Shown here piece after piece: positions 26,875 to 37,286 of a stretch of DNA of 64,000 bases (position 1 is the stretch's first letter; each line of letters starts with the position of its first letter). Both the position numbers and the translations under genes were made by a program. The stretch is from positions 2,624,001 to 2,688,000 of the forward strand of contig CAWELD010000003.1 of NCBI GenBank assembly GCA_963809895.1. The letters run 5' to 3'. Source of the stretch: an uncultured Gemmatimonadales bacterium. GTDB lineage: Bacteria > Gemmatimonadota > Gemmatimonadetes > Longimicrobiales > Gaopeijiaceae. The notes beneath the pieces were generated by a model, which had not been told where the DNA came from, searched no databases, and saw only the letters and a list, made by a program, of their open reading frames with translations.

Positions 26875-28143
26875 TCAGTCGAACTTGAGAAGCTCGGCCA
26901 GCTCCTCGGGAGAGAGCTCCTCGCCCCGGCGAGCGCCCAGGCCCCGGGGCGAGCGGGAATGGCGGCCCCGGGTGCTGGCGGAGCTGGTGTCCGCCTGGGG
27001 GGCCCCGGCATAGTCGAACTCGGCGAGGTGCTCGCGCGGGAGCTTCCGCCCCAGGTGGTTCTCCAGGCTCTTCAGGTGGCCCAGGTCGCCGGCGGTGACG
27101 AGGGTGACGGCGGTGCCCAGCGCGCCGGCGCGGCCCGTGCGACCCACGCGGTGGACGTAGTCCTCGGGATCCAGCGGTACGTCGTAGTTCACCACGTGGC
27201 TGATCCCCTCGACGTCCAGGCCTCGCTGGGCGATGTCGGTGGCCACCAGGACGCGCACCTTACCGGTGGCGAAGCGGTCCAACGCCCCGGTGCGCTCGCG
27301 CATGGCCCGGTCCGAGTGCATGACGTCGGTGCGGATCCCCTCGCGCTCGAGGCGGGCCTCCAGCACGTCAGCGCCGGCCTTGGTGCGGCTGAAGACCAGC
27401 ACCTGGTCCCACCCGGGATTCTGGAGCAGGTGCAGGAGCAGGTCGGGCTTCTTCTCGGGCTTGACCGAGTAGACCACCTCGTCGATGCCGCTGGCGGTGG
27501 TGCCCGACGGGGCCGCCTCCACCCAGATGGCCTCGTCGGTGATGCGGAGCGCCAGGTCGTGCACCCCGTGGGGCATGGTGGCGCTGAAGAGCATGGTCTG
27601 GCGCTTCCGGGGCACACCACGCATGACGTCTTCGATCTGCGGACGGAAGCCCATGTCCAGCATGCGGTCCGCCTCGTCGAGGATGAAGAAGCGCACGTTG
27701 GAGAGGTCGGCGTTGCCCCGGCGCATCTGATCGATGAAGCGGCCCGGCGTCGCGGCGATGACCTCGTAGCCCTCACGGAGCGCCTCGTTCTGCGGGCCGT
27801 ACTTCACGCCCCCGTAGATGGCCGCCACCCGGATGGAGGTGCCCTTGGCCATGGCCTCGGTGTCCTCGGCCACCTGCTGCGCCAGCTCGCGAGTGGGCGC
27901 CAGGATCAGCGCCTGCAGCCCGCCGCCGGCCCGGATGCGCTCCAGCGTCGGCAACATGAAGGCGCCGGTCTTGCCCGTCCCGGTCTGGGCGATGCCCACC
28001 ACGTCCTTCCCCTCCATGACGGGGGGGATGGCCTTCCACTGGATGGGCGTGGGTATGGTCCAGCCCATGGCCTCCACGGCGGCGCGCGCCGCCTCGGAGA
28101 GCCCCAGGTCGTCGAAGGTCTTGTTCGGTTCGGTATCGGGCAC
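26875..28143 (-). CDS. DEAD/DEAH-box RNA helicase (RhlE-like)
   Basis: AQTGTGKT, PTRELA, TPGR, DEAD, SAT, HRVGRTGR; AGGAGG RBS before GTG 28143. Confidence 0.95.
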   Translation of the reverse strand: MPDTEPNKTFDDLGLSEAARAAVEAMGWTIPTPIQWKAIPPVMEGKDVVGIAQTGTGKTGAFMLPTLERIRAGGGLQALILAPTRELAQQVAEDTEAMAKGTSIRVAAIYGGVKYGPQNEALREGYEVIAATPGRFIDQMRRGNADLSNVRFFILDEADRMLDMGFRPQIEDVMRGVPRKRQTMLFSATMPHGVHDLALRITDEAIWVEAAPSGTTASGIDEVVYSVKPEKKPDLLLHLLQNPGWDQVLVFSRTKAGADVLEARLEREGIRTDVMHSDRAMRERTGALDRFATGKVRVLVATDIAQRGLDVEGISHVVNYDVPLDPEDYVHRVGRTGRAGALGTAVTLVTAGDLGHLKSLENHLGRKLPREHLAEFDYAGAPQADTSSASTRGRHSRSPRGLGARRGEELSPEELAELLKFD

Positions 28144-28268
28144 GGCTCGGTCGCCTCCTGGCATGTGATCTTCAGCCCGTAAAGGTATGTCCACCGCGGC
28201 AATCGTCACAGACGGAGCACGGGCGCCCGCCTGTACACCGGGCGCGCCCCGTGGTTACCATCGGGGCC

Positions 28269-28760
28269 ATGACCGACCCTGCCAACGGCCCCACGACGGG
28301 CGTGCTCTTCGTCTGCCTCGGCAACATCTGCCGCTCTCCCCTGGCCGAGGGGATCTTCCGGCACCTGGTGCGGGAACGGGGCCTGGGGGAGCGCTTCCGC
28401 ATCGACTCCGCCGGCACCGGCGCCTGGCACGTGGGCGAGGGCCCCGATCCGCGCTCCCGCGAGGTCGCGGCCCGCAACGGCATCGACCTGGACGGCCAGC
28501 GGGCCCGGCAGGTGCGCCCCGGTGACCTGGCCGAGTTCGACTACGTGGTGGCCATGGACCGGGACAATGTGCGCGACCTGGAGCGCCTGGCGAACCCGGA
28601 GACCGCCCGGGCCACGCTCCTCCTGCTCCGGGATCACGACCCCGAGCCCGGCGACGGCGACGTGCCCGATCCCTACTACGGCGGGCCCCGCGGCTTCGAC
28701 ACCGTCTTCGACATGATCCGCCGCTCCGCCGAAGCGTTGCTGGACGACATCGCGGAGTAG
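28269..28760 (+). CDS. Low molecular weight protein-tyrosine phosphatase
   Basis: CLGNICRSP P-loop, DSAGT, VPDPYYG. Confidence 0.95.
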   Translation: MTDPANGPTTGVLFVCLGNICRSPLAEGIFRHLVRERGLGERFRIDSAGTGAWHVGEGPDPRSREVAARNGIDLDGQRARQVRPGDLAEFDYVVAMDRDNVRDLERLANPETARATLLLLRDHDPEPGDGDVPDPYYGGPRGFDTVFDMIRRSAEALLDDIAE

Positions 28761-28766
28761 GCGGGC

Positions 28767-29707
28767 GTGCTGCCGAAGGCGCTGCGGCGTGCGGTGGAGG
28801 ATGCCCTCGCGGAGTCGGGGGACGGCCCCTTGGAGATCCGGAGCGCCCACGCCCTGGGCGGAGGCTCGATCCACCGGGCGGTGCGCCTCGACACGTCACG
28901 AGGCCCGCTCTTCCTCAAGTGGAATCGGGGGATGGCGGCCGCGGGCTTCGGCTGCGAGGCCCGGAGCCTGGAGCGGTTACGCGGGGCGGTCGGCATCCTC
29001 CGGGCTCCTCCGCATCCCCCGGGTCCTGGGCTGGTACGACGCCGACGGCGATCCCGACGCCGAGCGCACCGGGATGGCTGGCGCTGGAGTACCTGCCGCC
29101 GTCGAAGCCCGGCCCTCGCTACGGGCGAAGTCTCGGCCGGGGCCTGGCGGCGCTGCATCGCGAGGTTGCGGATCAGCCGGGCTGGCCCGAGGACAACCTG
29201 ATCGGACCCCTCCCGCAGGCGAATCCCCCGGACCTGTCCTGGCCCGACTTCTGGCGCGACGCGCGCCTGGAGCCCCAGCTGCGGCGTGCCCACGACGCCG
29301 GCTATTTCACCGGCGGCGCCGGACGGACGCTGGACGACGCGCTGGACGCCGTGGAACGCGTGCTGGAACCGGTCACCGGGAGCTCCGGAGAGCCCGCCTC
29401 ACTCCTGCACGGCGATCTCTGGGGAGGCAACGTCCACCCGGGGCCCGACGGGCCGCCCGTGCTCGTGGATCCCGCCAGCTACCACGGCCACCGGGAGGTG
29501 GATCTGGCCATGAGCGAGCTGTTCGGCGGGTTCCCGCCGGACTTCCTGCCCGCCTACCGGGAGGCGTGGCCGCTGGGTGCGGGCTATGCCGAAGTGCGCC
29601 GGGCACTCTACCAGCTCTACTACCTGCTGGTGCACGTGAACCTGTTCGGCGGCGGCTACGTCGGATCCAGCCTGGAGGCGGCGCGCCGGGTCGCGGCATG
29701 GGTGTAG
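28767..29707 (+). CDS. Fructosamine kinase family protein (two apparent frameshifts, ~28990 and ~29070)
   Basis: LGGGSI..LFLKW, LALEYL, SLLHGDLWGGN, DPASYHGHREVDLAM, YQLYYLLVHVNLFG spread over three frames. Confidence 0.88.
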
Positions 29708-29717
29708 CGGGCCCGGG

Positions 29718-30902
29718 TCAGCGCGCCAGCAGGGTCGCCATACGGTCCACCGCCTGCTCCAGCAGGTGGTCCGAGGTGGCGTAGCTGAGTCGCACGTAGC
29801 GTGGAGCGCCGAAGGCCTCGCCGGGCACCAGCGCCACCCCGGCCTCCTCCAGCACCCAGGAGCAGAACTCCGCCGCCGAGGCGCGCCCTTCCTGGAACGC
29901 TCCGTCCACCCGGAAGAAGAGATAGAAGGCGCCGTCGGGGCGCAGGTAGGGGAACGCCGGCAGCCGTTCGTCGAAGAGCCGCGTGACCAGGTCCCGGCGC
30001 CGCTGGAAGGCGGCCCGCATGCGCGACACGTCCTCGGCGGTGCGACCCTCGTCGGTGTAGGCCGCCAGGGCGGCCACCTGCGACGGGGTGGCGGCGTTGG
30101 AGGTGGTGTGGCTCTGCAGCGCGGTGAGCGCCTTGGCCAGCTCCGGATCGGTGAGCGAGAAGCCGATGCGCCATCCCGTCATGGCGTAGCTCTTTGACGC
30201 CCCGTCGATGAGCACGTGGGGCCCCAGCGAGCCCAGGGGGAGCTCCAGCAGCCCCGGCGCCTGACCCTCGCCGAAGTTGATGTTGCGGTAGATCTCGTCG
30301 GCCAACAGCCAGACCTGGTGATCCCGGGCCCACTCCGCCAGCGCCTGCAGCTCGTCCAGCGAGTAGACGCCGCCGGTGGGATTTCCCGGAGAGCTGTAGA
30401 TGAGCCCGCGGGTGCGCTCGGTGGCCACCCGCTCCAGGTCGTCGGGGGTCAGGCGAAAGTCCCGGGACTCGGATCCCGCCACGGCCACGGCCTTGGCGCG
30501 GGCCAATCCCACGATCTCCGGATAGCTGGTCCAGTAGGGTGCGCCGATCAGGACCTCGTCGCCCGGACCGAAGAGGCTGAAACAGGCGTTGAAGAGCGCC
30601 TGTTTGGCCCCCGACGACACGACCACGCCCGTCCAGTCGATCTCGCGTCCGGCGCGGTGCGAGAGGTGACGGGCGATGGCGCGCCGCAGCTCCGGCATGC
30701 CCGCCGACGGCGTGTAGCGGGTGCGGCCCTCGCGGATCCCCTGGATGGCGGCGTCGGAGATCCAGCCGGGCGTGTCGAAGTCCGGCTCACCGGCGCTCAG
30801 GTCGATGACGTCGCGGCCTTCGGCCACGAGGCGCTTGGCGAGCGAGCTCACCGCGATGGTGGCGGAGGGCTTGAGGCTGGCGACGTTGGGGCTGAGATCC
30901 AT
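29718..30902 (-). CDS. PLP-dependent aminotransferase class I (aspartate aminotransferase-like)
   Basis: AGEPDFDTP, SGAKQAL, SPGNPTG, DEIY, SKSYAMTGWRIG. Confidence 0.93.
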   Translation of the reverse strand: MDLSPNVASLKPSATIAVSSLAKRLVAEGRDVIDLSAGEPDFDTPGWISDAAIQGIREGRTRYTPSAGMPELRRAIARHLSHRAGREIDWTGVVVSSGAKQALFNACFSLFGPGDEVLIGAPYWTSYPEIVGLARAKAVAVAGSESRDFRLTPDDLERVATERTRGLIYSSPGNPTGGVYSLDELQALAEWARDHQVWLLADEIYRNINFGEGQAPGLLELPLGSLGPHVLIDGASKSYAMTGWRIGFSLTDPELAKALTALQSHTTSNAATPSQVAALAAYTDEGRTAEDVSRMRAAFQRRRDLVTRLFDERLPAFPYLRPDGAFYLFFRVDGAFQEGRASAAEFCSWVLEEAGVALVPGEAFGAPRYVRLSYATSDHLLEQAVDRMATLLAR

Positions 30903-31082
30903 GTGGGTTCCTGCCGGGACATGCCATCGAGGAGCGCGGGGCCGGGCCGCGACGAGATCGGAGCGGGAGGGGCTCCGGTGTGCACGGGCCAGCCCGGAGT
31001 GCGGCAATATCGGCCCGCCGGGGGCCGCGATCAAGGCGGCGAGCCGTTGCCCCCGCCCGACGATACGGACACATTTCGCCCC

Positions 31083-31664
31083 ATGTTGGACGCCCGGCCC
31101 CGCCTGTATTTCGACTACGTCGATCCGGGCTCCTACCTGATGGATCTCCGGGTGGAGCGCATCACCGCCGGGGCGGACCCGTCGGTGGAGCGCGTCCCGT
31201 TCGAGCTGCGGCCGCCTCCCGAGCCGCTGCTGGACCCGACCCGGGACGCCTGGGTGGAGTACTGGAGGGCCATGGCGGCGTTGCTACGCGCGGAAGGGCG
31301 CGAGGTGCGCCCGCCGGGGCTCGTGCCGTGGACCCGCAAGGCCCACGAGCTGGTGCTGCAGGCGGGTGAGAAGGATGCCGGACGCGAGCTGCACCGGGCG
31401 CTGTTCCGCCGCTTCCACGAGGAGGGCGACGACATCGGACGGGTGGACGTCCTGATGGAGCTCGCCACGGCGGCGGGTCTGGAGCTGACCGCCACCAAGG
31501 CGGTGTTGGACGTGGACCGTCATGCGGGCACGGTGGCGGAGCTTCGGGCGCGCGCAACGGACGCGGGCGTCCGGGGCGTACCCACGCTGGTCGTGGGCGA
31601 GCGGATCCTGGAGGGGATCCATGACGATGACGCGATCCGGGCCTTTCTCGGACGGGATCGCTGA
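31083..31664 (+). CDS. DsbA/FrnE-family thioredoxin-fold protein lacking CxxC
   Basis: YFDYVDPGSY, PFELRP, GVRGVPTL cis-Pro motif. Confidence 0.75.
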   Translation: MLDARPRLYFDYVDPGSYLMDLRVERITAGADPSVERVPFELRPPPEPLLDPTRDAWVEYWRAMAALLRAEGREVRPPGLVPWTRKAHELVLQAGEKDAGRELHRALFRRFHEEGDDIGRVDVLMELATAAGLELTATKAVLDVDRHAGTVAELRARATDAGVRGVPTLVVGERILEGIHDDDAIRAFLGRDR

Positions 31665-31678
31665 GTGAGGAACGAACG

Positions 31679-31981
31679 ATGGCTGGCTATCAGAGAAAGA
31701 CGGCACGCGCACCCGCCGAGGTCATGGCGGAGGCCGAGAAGGTGCTCCCGGACATCCTGGGGCTGAGCCGCTCCAAGGGCTCCGACCACAATGCGACCTA
31801 TTCGGGGCGCGAAGGCACGGTGACGTTGTCGGCGCACCGACACGGACCCTATACGGACGTCGTCGCGCAGACGGATCGGCTGCGGACGTCGCGCATGGAC
31901 TACGAGATCCAACGCTTCCTGAATCGGCTCCCCTACGAACCCGGCGACCAGGGTGGTCCCGGGTCGGGCGAGCCGGGCTGA
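31679..31981 (+). CDS. Hypothetical protein
   Basis: GAGGA RBS, operon position, coding-like composition. Confidence 0.7.
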   Translation: MAGYQRKTARAPAEVMAEAEKVLPDILGLSRSKGSDHNATYSGREGTVTLSAHRHGPYTDVVAQTDRLRTSRMDYEIQRFLNRLPYEPGDQGGPGSGEPG

Positions 31982-31984
31982 GCC

Positions 31985-33598
31985 ATGGACTCCTTCGAAG
32001 AGCTGAATCTTCCGCCGGAGTTGGTGGAAGCCCTGGCGGCTGAAGGCATCGAGCGGCCGACGAGCTTCCAGGCCTCGGTGATCCCGGTGGTTCTGCGCGA
32101 GAACAACCTGGTGGCGTGCGCGGGACCGGGTGCCGGGATCCTGGTGGCGCTGATCGCGCCCCTCCTGGCGCGCATCGAGCCGGACGTCACGTCGCCCGCC
32201 GTGCTCGTCCTCACCCCCACGGGTGAGCGGGCCTCGGCGCTGGCGGAGTCGACGGGCCGCCTGGCCCAGGCCATGGGGCACCGGGTCGCCGCCGCCCAGG
32301 GCCCGTGGGCGCTGCCCGAGCGGGCGTCGGTGCTGGTCACCACGCCCGCCGACGCCCTGGCCTGGCTCCACGACGGGCGGCTGTCGCTGGAAGGCATCGC
32401 CGCCTTCGTGCTGGACGGCGGCGCGAACCTGCAGGTCACCGACGACCTCGAGGCCGTGGAGACGATCCTGGAGGGATTGGATGCCGACGCCCAACGGGTG
32501 TTCGTGTCGCTCCCCCTCACGCCGGAGGTGGAGGACCTGGCCGAGCGCCACGCCAAGCGCGCCGTGCACGTGCCTCCCCGGGCCGCGCAGACCCGGGCCG
32601 ACGACGGCCCGCGCCGGGGAGACGTCCAGGTGCGCGTGGTGGGCGCCGCTCGCGAGGCGGTGGTCACCGAGCTGTGCGCCGAGGTGCTGGCCGGCGAGGC
32701 GCGCCACGTGGTGCTCTTCGTCCGCAGCGACGACGCCGCGGCCGATCTCGGTGACCACCTGGCGCTCCACGGCTTCCACGCCGGACCTCCCGGCCAGGCC
32801 GACCTCCCGGTCTGGCTCGCGGTGGAGGACATGGAGGGCCGGGCGGCCATGGACGAGGCCGGAGACGGTGTCCTCGCCGTGAGCGTCGACGTGCCCTTCG
32901 ATCCCGATGCGCTGGACCGTCGCCACGGCGGGGGGCGCGGCGGGCTCGTGCTGGCCGAGCCCAGGGAGCTTCCCCACCTGCGCGACGTGGCCCGCCGCAC
33001 GGGCTACACCCTCACCGTGCGGGAAGCCACGTCCGCACCACGGCAGACACGGGGATCGGGGCTCCGGGCCGTCCTGGACGGCATCGAGCAGAGCCTCGCC
33101 GAGGACGCCCTGGACGTGGACGCGTATCAGGTGGTCCTGGAGCCCTTGATCCAACGCCACGGCGCGAGCCGCGTGGCCGCGGCGGCGCTGGGGCTGCTCC
33201 GCGCCCGCGGGCTGCCGGCAGCGGCCCCGGCGGACGGTGCGGTGGCCACGAGCTCCGTCGGCGCGCCGAGCGCCGCGGTGACGGCCACCGTCCGCCTCTT
33301 CGTCAGCCTGGGTCAGCGCGACGGCATCGGCCCGGGAGACCTGGTGGGCGCCATCACCGGTGAGTCGGGAATCGAGGGCAAGCAGATCGGCCGCATCGAC
33401 CTGCGCGAGTCCTTCTCGCTGGTCGAGGTGGAGGCGGCCGTCGCCGACCGGGTGATCAAGGCGCTCAACGGAACCACGGTCAAGGGACGCAGCGTGCGCG
33501 TGGACCTGGACCGGAATGAGCGCGCGCGGGGAAGCGGGCGGCCGTCGGGGGGTGGGTCCCGGCGGCCCGCCGGACGCGGAGGCCCGCGCCGCGGCTGA
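31985..33598 (+). CDS. Degenerate DEAD-box helicase-like protein with DbpA-type RNA-binding domain
   Basis: Q-motif-like FEELNL..PTSFQ; Walker A and DEAD degenerate; C-terminal RLFVSLGQRDGIGPGDLVGAITGE..IGRIDL. Confidence 0.8.
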   Translation: MDSFEELNLPPELVEALAAEGIERPTSFQASVIPVVLRENNLVACAGPGAGILVALIAPLLARIEPDVTSPAVLVLTPTGERASALAESTGRLAQAMGHRVAAAQGPWALPERASVLVTTPADALAWLHDGRLSLEGIAAFVLDGGANLQVTDDLEAVETILEGLDADAQRVFVSLPLTPEVEDLAERHAKRAVHVPPRAAQTRADDGPRRGDVQVRVVGAAREAVVTELCAEVLAGEARHVVLFVRSDDAAADLGDHLALHGFHAGPPGQADLPVWLAVEDMEGRAAMDEAGDGVLAVSVDVPFDPDALDRRHGGGRGGLVLAEPRELPHLRDVARRTGYTLTVREATSAPRQTRGSGLRAVLDGIEQSLAEDALDVDAYQVVLEPLIQRHGASRVAAAALGLLRARGLPAAAPADGAVATSSVGAPSAAVTATVRLFVSLGQRDGIGPGDLVGAITGESGIEGKQIGRIDLRESFSLVEVEAAVADRVIKALNGTTVKGRSVRVDLDRNERARGSGRPSGGGSRRPAGRGGPRRG

Positions 33599-33631
33599 GC
33601 CTCCCGCACACCCGGCAATCCCCCGGAACAG

Positions 33632-33667
33632 AAGAGGGCCGCACCCCGTGACGGGGGCGGCCCTCTT
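33632..33667. terminator. Terminator-like hairpin between convergent genes
   Basis: AAGAGGGCCGC..GCGGCCCTCTT inverted repeat. Confidence 0.75.
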
Positions 33668-33690
33668 GTCGCCGTCGTGGCGATGGGACG

Positions 33691-33975
33691 CTAGTTGACC
33701 GCGTCCTTGAGCCCCTTCCCGGCCCGGAAGCTCGGGGTGTTGGAGGCCGGGATCTGGATCGTCTCACCGGTGCGGGGATTGCGGCCGGTGCGAGCCTTGC
33801 GCCGCTTGGCCTCGAAGGTCCCGAAGCCCGTGATCTGAACCCGATCGCCCTTCTTCATGGCGGTAGCGAGAACACCGTCGTCCGTTCCGAACATGGCGTC
33901 CACGGCACGACCGGCGTCCGCCTTGGTCATTCCGGTCTTGTCTGCGAGTGCGTCCACGAGCTCGGACTTGTTCAT
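33691..33975 (-). CDS. hup: HU family DNA-binding protein
   Basis: MNKSELVDALA..VQITGFGTF..RTGRNPRTGE..FRAGKGLKDAVN. Confidence 0.97.
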   Translation of the reverse strand: MNKSELVDALADKTGMTKADAGRAVDAMFGTDDGVLATAMKKGDRVQITGFGTFEAKRRKARTGRNPRTGETIQIPASNTPSFRAGKGLKDAVN

Positions 33976-34179
33976 CGAGTCTCTCCTCTGAGATGGGAAG
34001 AATGGGCGAAATGCCGCTTGATTCCTGGCAATTCTGCACCCCTGCGAGCAAGCTGTCTGTAGGGTACGGCCCACTTCAGCGACCGTCAAGACGCCAGGTG
34101 GCCGAAAACCCGCATTCTGCCTAGCTTCTCGGTGGATGGACCCCCGTTTTCGGCACCCCCGACCCGTCCGGCCCGCTCC

Positions 34180-35202
34180 ATGAGCCTCTTCTTTCGTCGC
34201 TTCATCGTCGCCCTGGGCATCCTCGGCGTGCTCGTGGTTCTGGGCACGCTGGGCTACATGGTGCTCGAGGGTTGGGGACTCGGGGACTCCCTCTACATGA
34301 CGGTGATCACGCTCACCGCCGTGGGCTATTCCGAGGTGCACCCCCTGAGCCACGTGGGACGCACCTTCACCATGGTCGTGCTCATCGGCGGACTCACGTG
34401 GATGGGTCTGTGGTTCGCCCTGATCACCAGCTTCATCGTAGAGCTCGATCTCACCCACGTCTTCCGGAGACGTCGCATGACCCGGGAAATCGCGGAGCTC
34501 AAGGACCATGTCATCGTGTGTGGCGCGGGCCGCACCGGACGCCAGGTCCTCCAGGAGCTGGAGGCCATGAAGGCGCCCTGGGTGGCCATCGAGCGCAGCC
34601 CCGAACGGGTGGAGGGACTGCGGGGCCAGCACGAGCACGCCCTGGTGGTGGAAGGGGACGCCACCCACGACGACACGCTGCTGCAGGCCGGACTGGAGCA
34701 CGCGCGAGGATTGGTGGCGTGCCTGAGCGCCGACACCGACAACCTGTTCGTGTGCCTGTCGGCGCGCGATCTGAAACCGGACCTGACCATCGTCGCCCGG
34801 GCCTACGAAGAGGAGACCATGGACAAGCTCTACCGGGCGGGCGCCACCCACGTGGTGAGCCCCAACGTGAGCGGCGCGATCCGCATGGCCTCGGTCCTCC
34901 TGCGCCCCTCGGTGGTGTCCTTCCTGGACATCGCCACACGCTCGTCGGAGCTCGCGCTACGCATGGAGCAGACGGCCATCGACGAGCGCAGCCCGGTCGC
35001 GGGCAAGACGCTCGCGGAAGCGCAGATTCCCCAGGGAACGGGCCTCATCGTCATCGCCATGCGCAAGGAGGCGGACGGACAGCGTGACGGACGCTTCGTC
35101 TTCAATCCGGTGGCGGATACGCGCCTGGACCCGGGCGACGAGCTCATCGTCCTGGGAACCCGCGAGCAGATCGAGCGGCTCCGCACCCACGTGGGAGCCT
35201 GA
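34180..35202 (+). CDS. Potassium channel protein (2TM + TrkA-N/TrkA-C)
   Basis: TAVGYSE pore loop, VCGAGRTG, GDAT, FNPVADTRL..LIVLG. Confidence 0.92.
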   Translation: MSLFFRRFIVALGILGVLVVLGTLGYMVLEGWGLGDSLYMTVITLTAVGYSEVHPLSHVGRTFTMVVLIGGLTWMGLWFALITSFIVELDLTHVFRRRRMTREIAELKDHVIVCGAGRTGRQVLQELEAMKAPWVAIERSPERVEGLRGQHEHALVVEGDATHDDTLLQAGLEHARGLVACLSADTDNLFVCLSARDLKPDLTIVARAYEEETMDKLYRAGATHVVSPNVSGAIRMASVLLRPSVVSFLDIATRSSELALRMEQTAIDERSPVAGKTLAEAQIPQGTGLIVIAMRKEADGQRDGRFVFNPVADTRLDPGDELIVLGTREQIERLRTHVGA

Positions 35203-35214
35203 CCCGATCTCACA

Positions 35215-35418
35215 TCAGGCCGCGTCGGCCTCGCGCTTCCGCCGTCCGCGGATGAGCGTGTAGACGAAGTAGGCGATGGCGCCGAAGATCAGGATCTTCA
35301 TGGCCATGCCGAAGAGCCCCATCATGAATCCCAGGAAGGGGAACAGCAGGGCGGCCAGCAGCTTCAGGATCACGATCCCGGCCACACCGCCGAACAACAT
35401 CGCACCGAACGTCCTCAT
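35215..35418 (-). CDS. Small membrane protein
   Basis: 67 aa, two hydrophobic segments, GGAGG RBS. Confidence 0.75.
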   Translation of the reverse strand: MRTFGAMLFGGVAGIVILKLLAALLFPFLGFMMGLFGMAMKILIFGAIAYFVYTLIRGRRKREADAA

Positions 35419-35534
35419 CCTCGCCTCCGGTTGAGCATCGATTCCGCTCCTCCCTACGTGGTGGGCGGCTCTCCGGTTTCGGCGCCGGGGGACCCCGGTC
35501 CGGTCGCGCCCTTCCACCGCCCGTCCGGTCCGGT

Positions 35535-35551
35535 TCGGCACGGCCCTTGTA
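35535..35551 (+). promoter_or_regulatory. Putative sigma54 (-24/-12) promoter TCGGCACGGCCCTTGTA
   Basis: GG-N10-GT matching TGGCACG-N4-TTGC with two deviations; upstream of the Cys-peptide operon that adjoins a sigma54 activator. Confidence 0.55.
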
Positions 35552-35732
35552 GATCCAGGGGATCGACTCCGCGGCCCTCCCCCACCGACTCGAATCCGGC
35601 GGGCGAGGGTTCAGCGGAGGGCGCCGTACCTCACAGGCCCTTCCGTCCCGACCCGGCTGTTCCGCCCTCCCTCCGCGCGAGGCCCGGCCGGGTTCGCCGG
35701 CCGGGACCACGGGCTCCTGAGAGGAGGCTCCC

Positions 35733-36050
35733 ATGCTCCGTTTCCCCGTCCTGCGCCGCATCGTCCCGCTCCTGTCCCTCGTGACCTTCCTGGGCCTGGG
35801 TCCGCTGGCGACCCAGGTCTACGCCCAGGAATGCGAGTTCCTCACCGACGACGGCGACACCCGTCCCTGCACCTTCACCGAGAAGTACGGCCAGTGCCTC
35901 TACTGGGCCTACGAGTCCTACTACGACTGCGTGGAGGACAGTGGCTCCTTCATCGAGCGTGCCGCCTGCGAGCTGGGGGTGCAGGTGGACATCCTGGCAT
36001 GCACGCTGGGGATGTTCGGGGAGGCGGTGGATCTGGTCACCCCGGTCTGA
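35733..36050 (+). CDS. Small secreted Cys-rich peptide (6 Cys), bacteriocin/signal-like
   Basis: AGGAGG RBS; signal peptide ..VYAQ; acidic mature part of about 74 aa with 6 Cys. Confidence 0.8.
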   Translation: MLRFPVLRRIVPLLSLVTFLGLGPLATQVYAQECEFLTDDGDTRPCTFTEKYGQCLYWAYESYYDCVEDSGSFIERAACELGVQVDILACTLGMFGEAVDLVTPV

Positions 36051-36078
36051 GGTCTCGGCGGACCGACCTGCGTCGGCG

Positions 36079-36116
36079 GGGACACCCGGTCGGGCGGCGC
36101 TCCGGCCGGGTGTCCC
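36079..36116 (+). other. Strong intercistronic hairpin after the peptide gene
   Basis: GGGACACCCGGTCGG-gcggcgct-CCGGCCGGGTGTCCC. Confidence 0.65.
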
Positions 36117-36188
36117 ATTCCGCCATGGCCCCACCCCGGTCGGGGCCGGACGTTGCGATACCACACCCTCCCAGCCAGGAGCGTCTCC

Positions 36189-37286
36189 ATGGCCTCGACA
36201 CGCCTTTCCGCCCGGGCTCTGCTCATCGCCGTGGCTTGCGCCGCGGCCCTGGGCGCACTCTCTCTGCCGGAGCTTCTCCGAAGCCGGTCGGTGGATCCGC
36301 CCACGAGCGCCGAGCCGGGGGAGGCGCGCCCCCGACCGGCGGGCCGACTCGCGCGCCTGGTGGTGGCGCCCGCCGACAACGACCCGGGCACCCTCCTGCC
36401 GGAGATCTTCCGCATCACCGACGTAGCCGTCGGTCCGGAAGGATGGGCCGTGCTCGACGGACCCGGCGCGCGCGTGGTCACCGTGGATTCGCTGGGGCGC
36501 GTGGGCCCTGGACGTGGCCGCGCCGGTCGGGGACCCGGTGAGCTGGCCGGTCCGGCCGAGGTCGCGCTCCGGGGCGACGAGGTGGCGGTGCTGGACAAAG
36601 CGGCGCTCCATCTCGACATCCTGGGCGCCTCCGGCGGGGAGCGGGTGACGCTCCCGGTGCGCGGGTGCGCCACCGCGCTGGCGGACGACCTGGCCGCGGA
36701 CGGCCGTGGCTGGCTGGTGCTGCGTCGGTGCCTGACCCCGAACCGGATGCTGTTGGAGCTGCTCCGCATCAGGCCCGACGGCGGGGCGACGGTGCTGGAC
36801 ACGGCCACCCTGGGACCGATGCGCGTCGCCGATCCCTTCCTGCGGCCCGTGCTGGCCGTATCGGGCCCGGGCGTCTACCTGGGCACCACCCGCGCGCCCT
36901 GTCTGCGCCGGGCGTCGAGGTCGGGGCCGCTGTCGATCTGTCCGCCGGCCTGGACGGCGGCGGCCATCCCCGATTCCCTCCGCGACGCCCTCGAGGCGGC
37001 CATGCCGGCCCGGGGCCGGGCGTTGGGGCTGCGGGTCCAGGTGCCGGAGCACTTCCCGCCGTTCGTGGCGGTCCGGGCGTTGGACGAGCGACTGGCCGTG
37101 CGCCGACCCAGAGGCGACGGCACGGCCCGCTGGGTCCTGTCGTCCGCCGACGCCAGTCTGGATCTCCAGGCGGAGGAGGGTGTCCGGGTCGAGCCCGGCC
37201 CCCGGGGCCTGCTTCTGTTGCGCCAGGAAATGGCGGGCGTTCGCGTGTGGACCGTCCCCCTGCCGTCGTCCACCGGAGGGGCGTGA
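36189..37286 (+). CDS. Beta-propeller-like membrane-anchored/secreted protein
   Basis: IFRITDVAV..GRAGRGPGELAGP motif shared with the other propellers; PEHFPPF; C-terminal VRVWTV strand. Confidence 0.65.
   Translation: MASTRLSARALLIAVACAAALGALSLPELLRSRSVDPPTSAEPGEARPRPAGRLARLVVAPADNDPGTLLPEIFRITDVAVGPEGWAVLDGPGARVVTVDSLGRVGPGRGRAGRGPGELAGPAEVALRGDEVAVLDKAALHLDILGASGGERVTLPVRGCATALADDLAADGRGWLVLRRCLTPNRMLLELLRIRPDGGATVLDTATLGPMRVADPFLRPVLAVSGPGVYLGTTRAPCLRRASRSGPLSICPPAWTAAAIPDSLRDALEAAMPARGRALGLRVQVPEHFPPFVAVRALDERLAVRRPRGDGTARWVLSSADASLDLQAEEGVRVEPGPRGLLLLRQEMAGVRVWTVPLPSSTGGA

Noticed and set aside
35561..35640. Riboswitch in the leader of the Cys-peptide gene
   Set aside because: Only GC-rich hairpins and a partial GCTGAA match on the opposite strand; no complete aptamer consensus.
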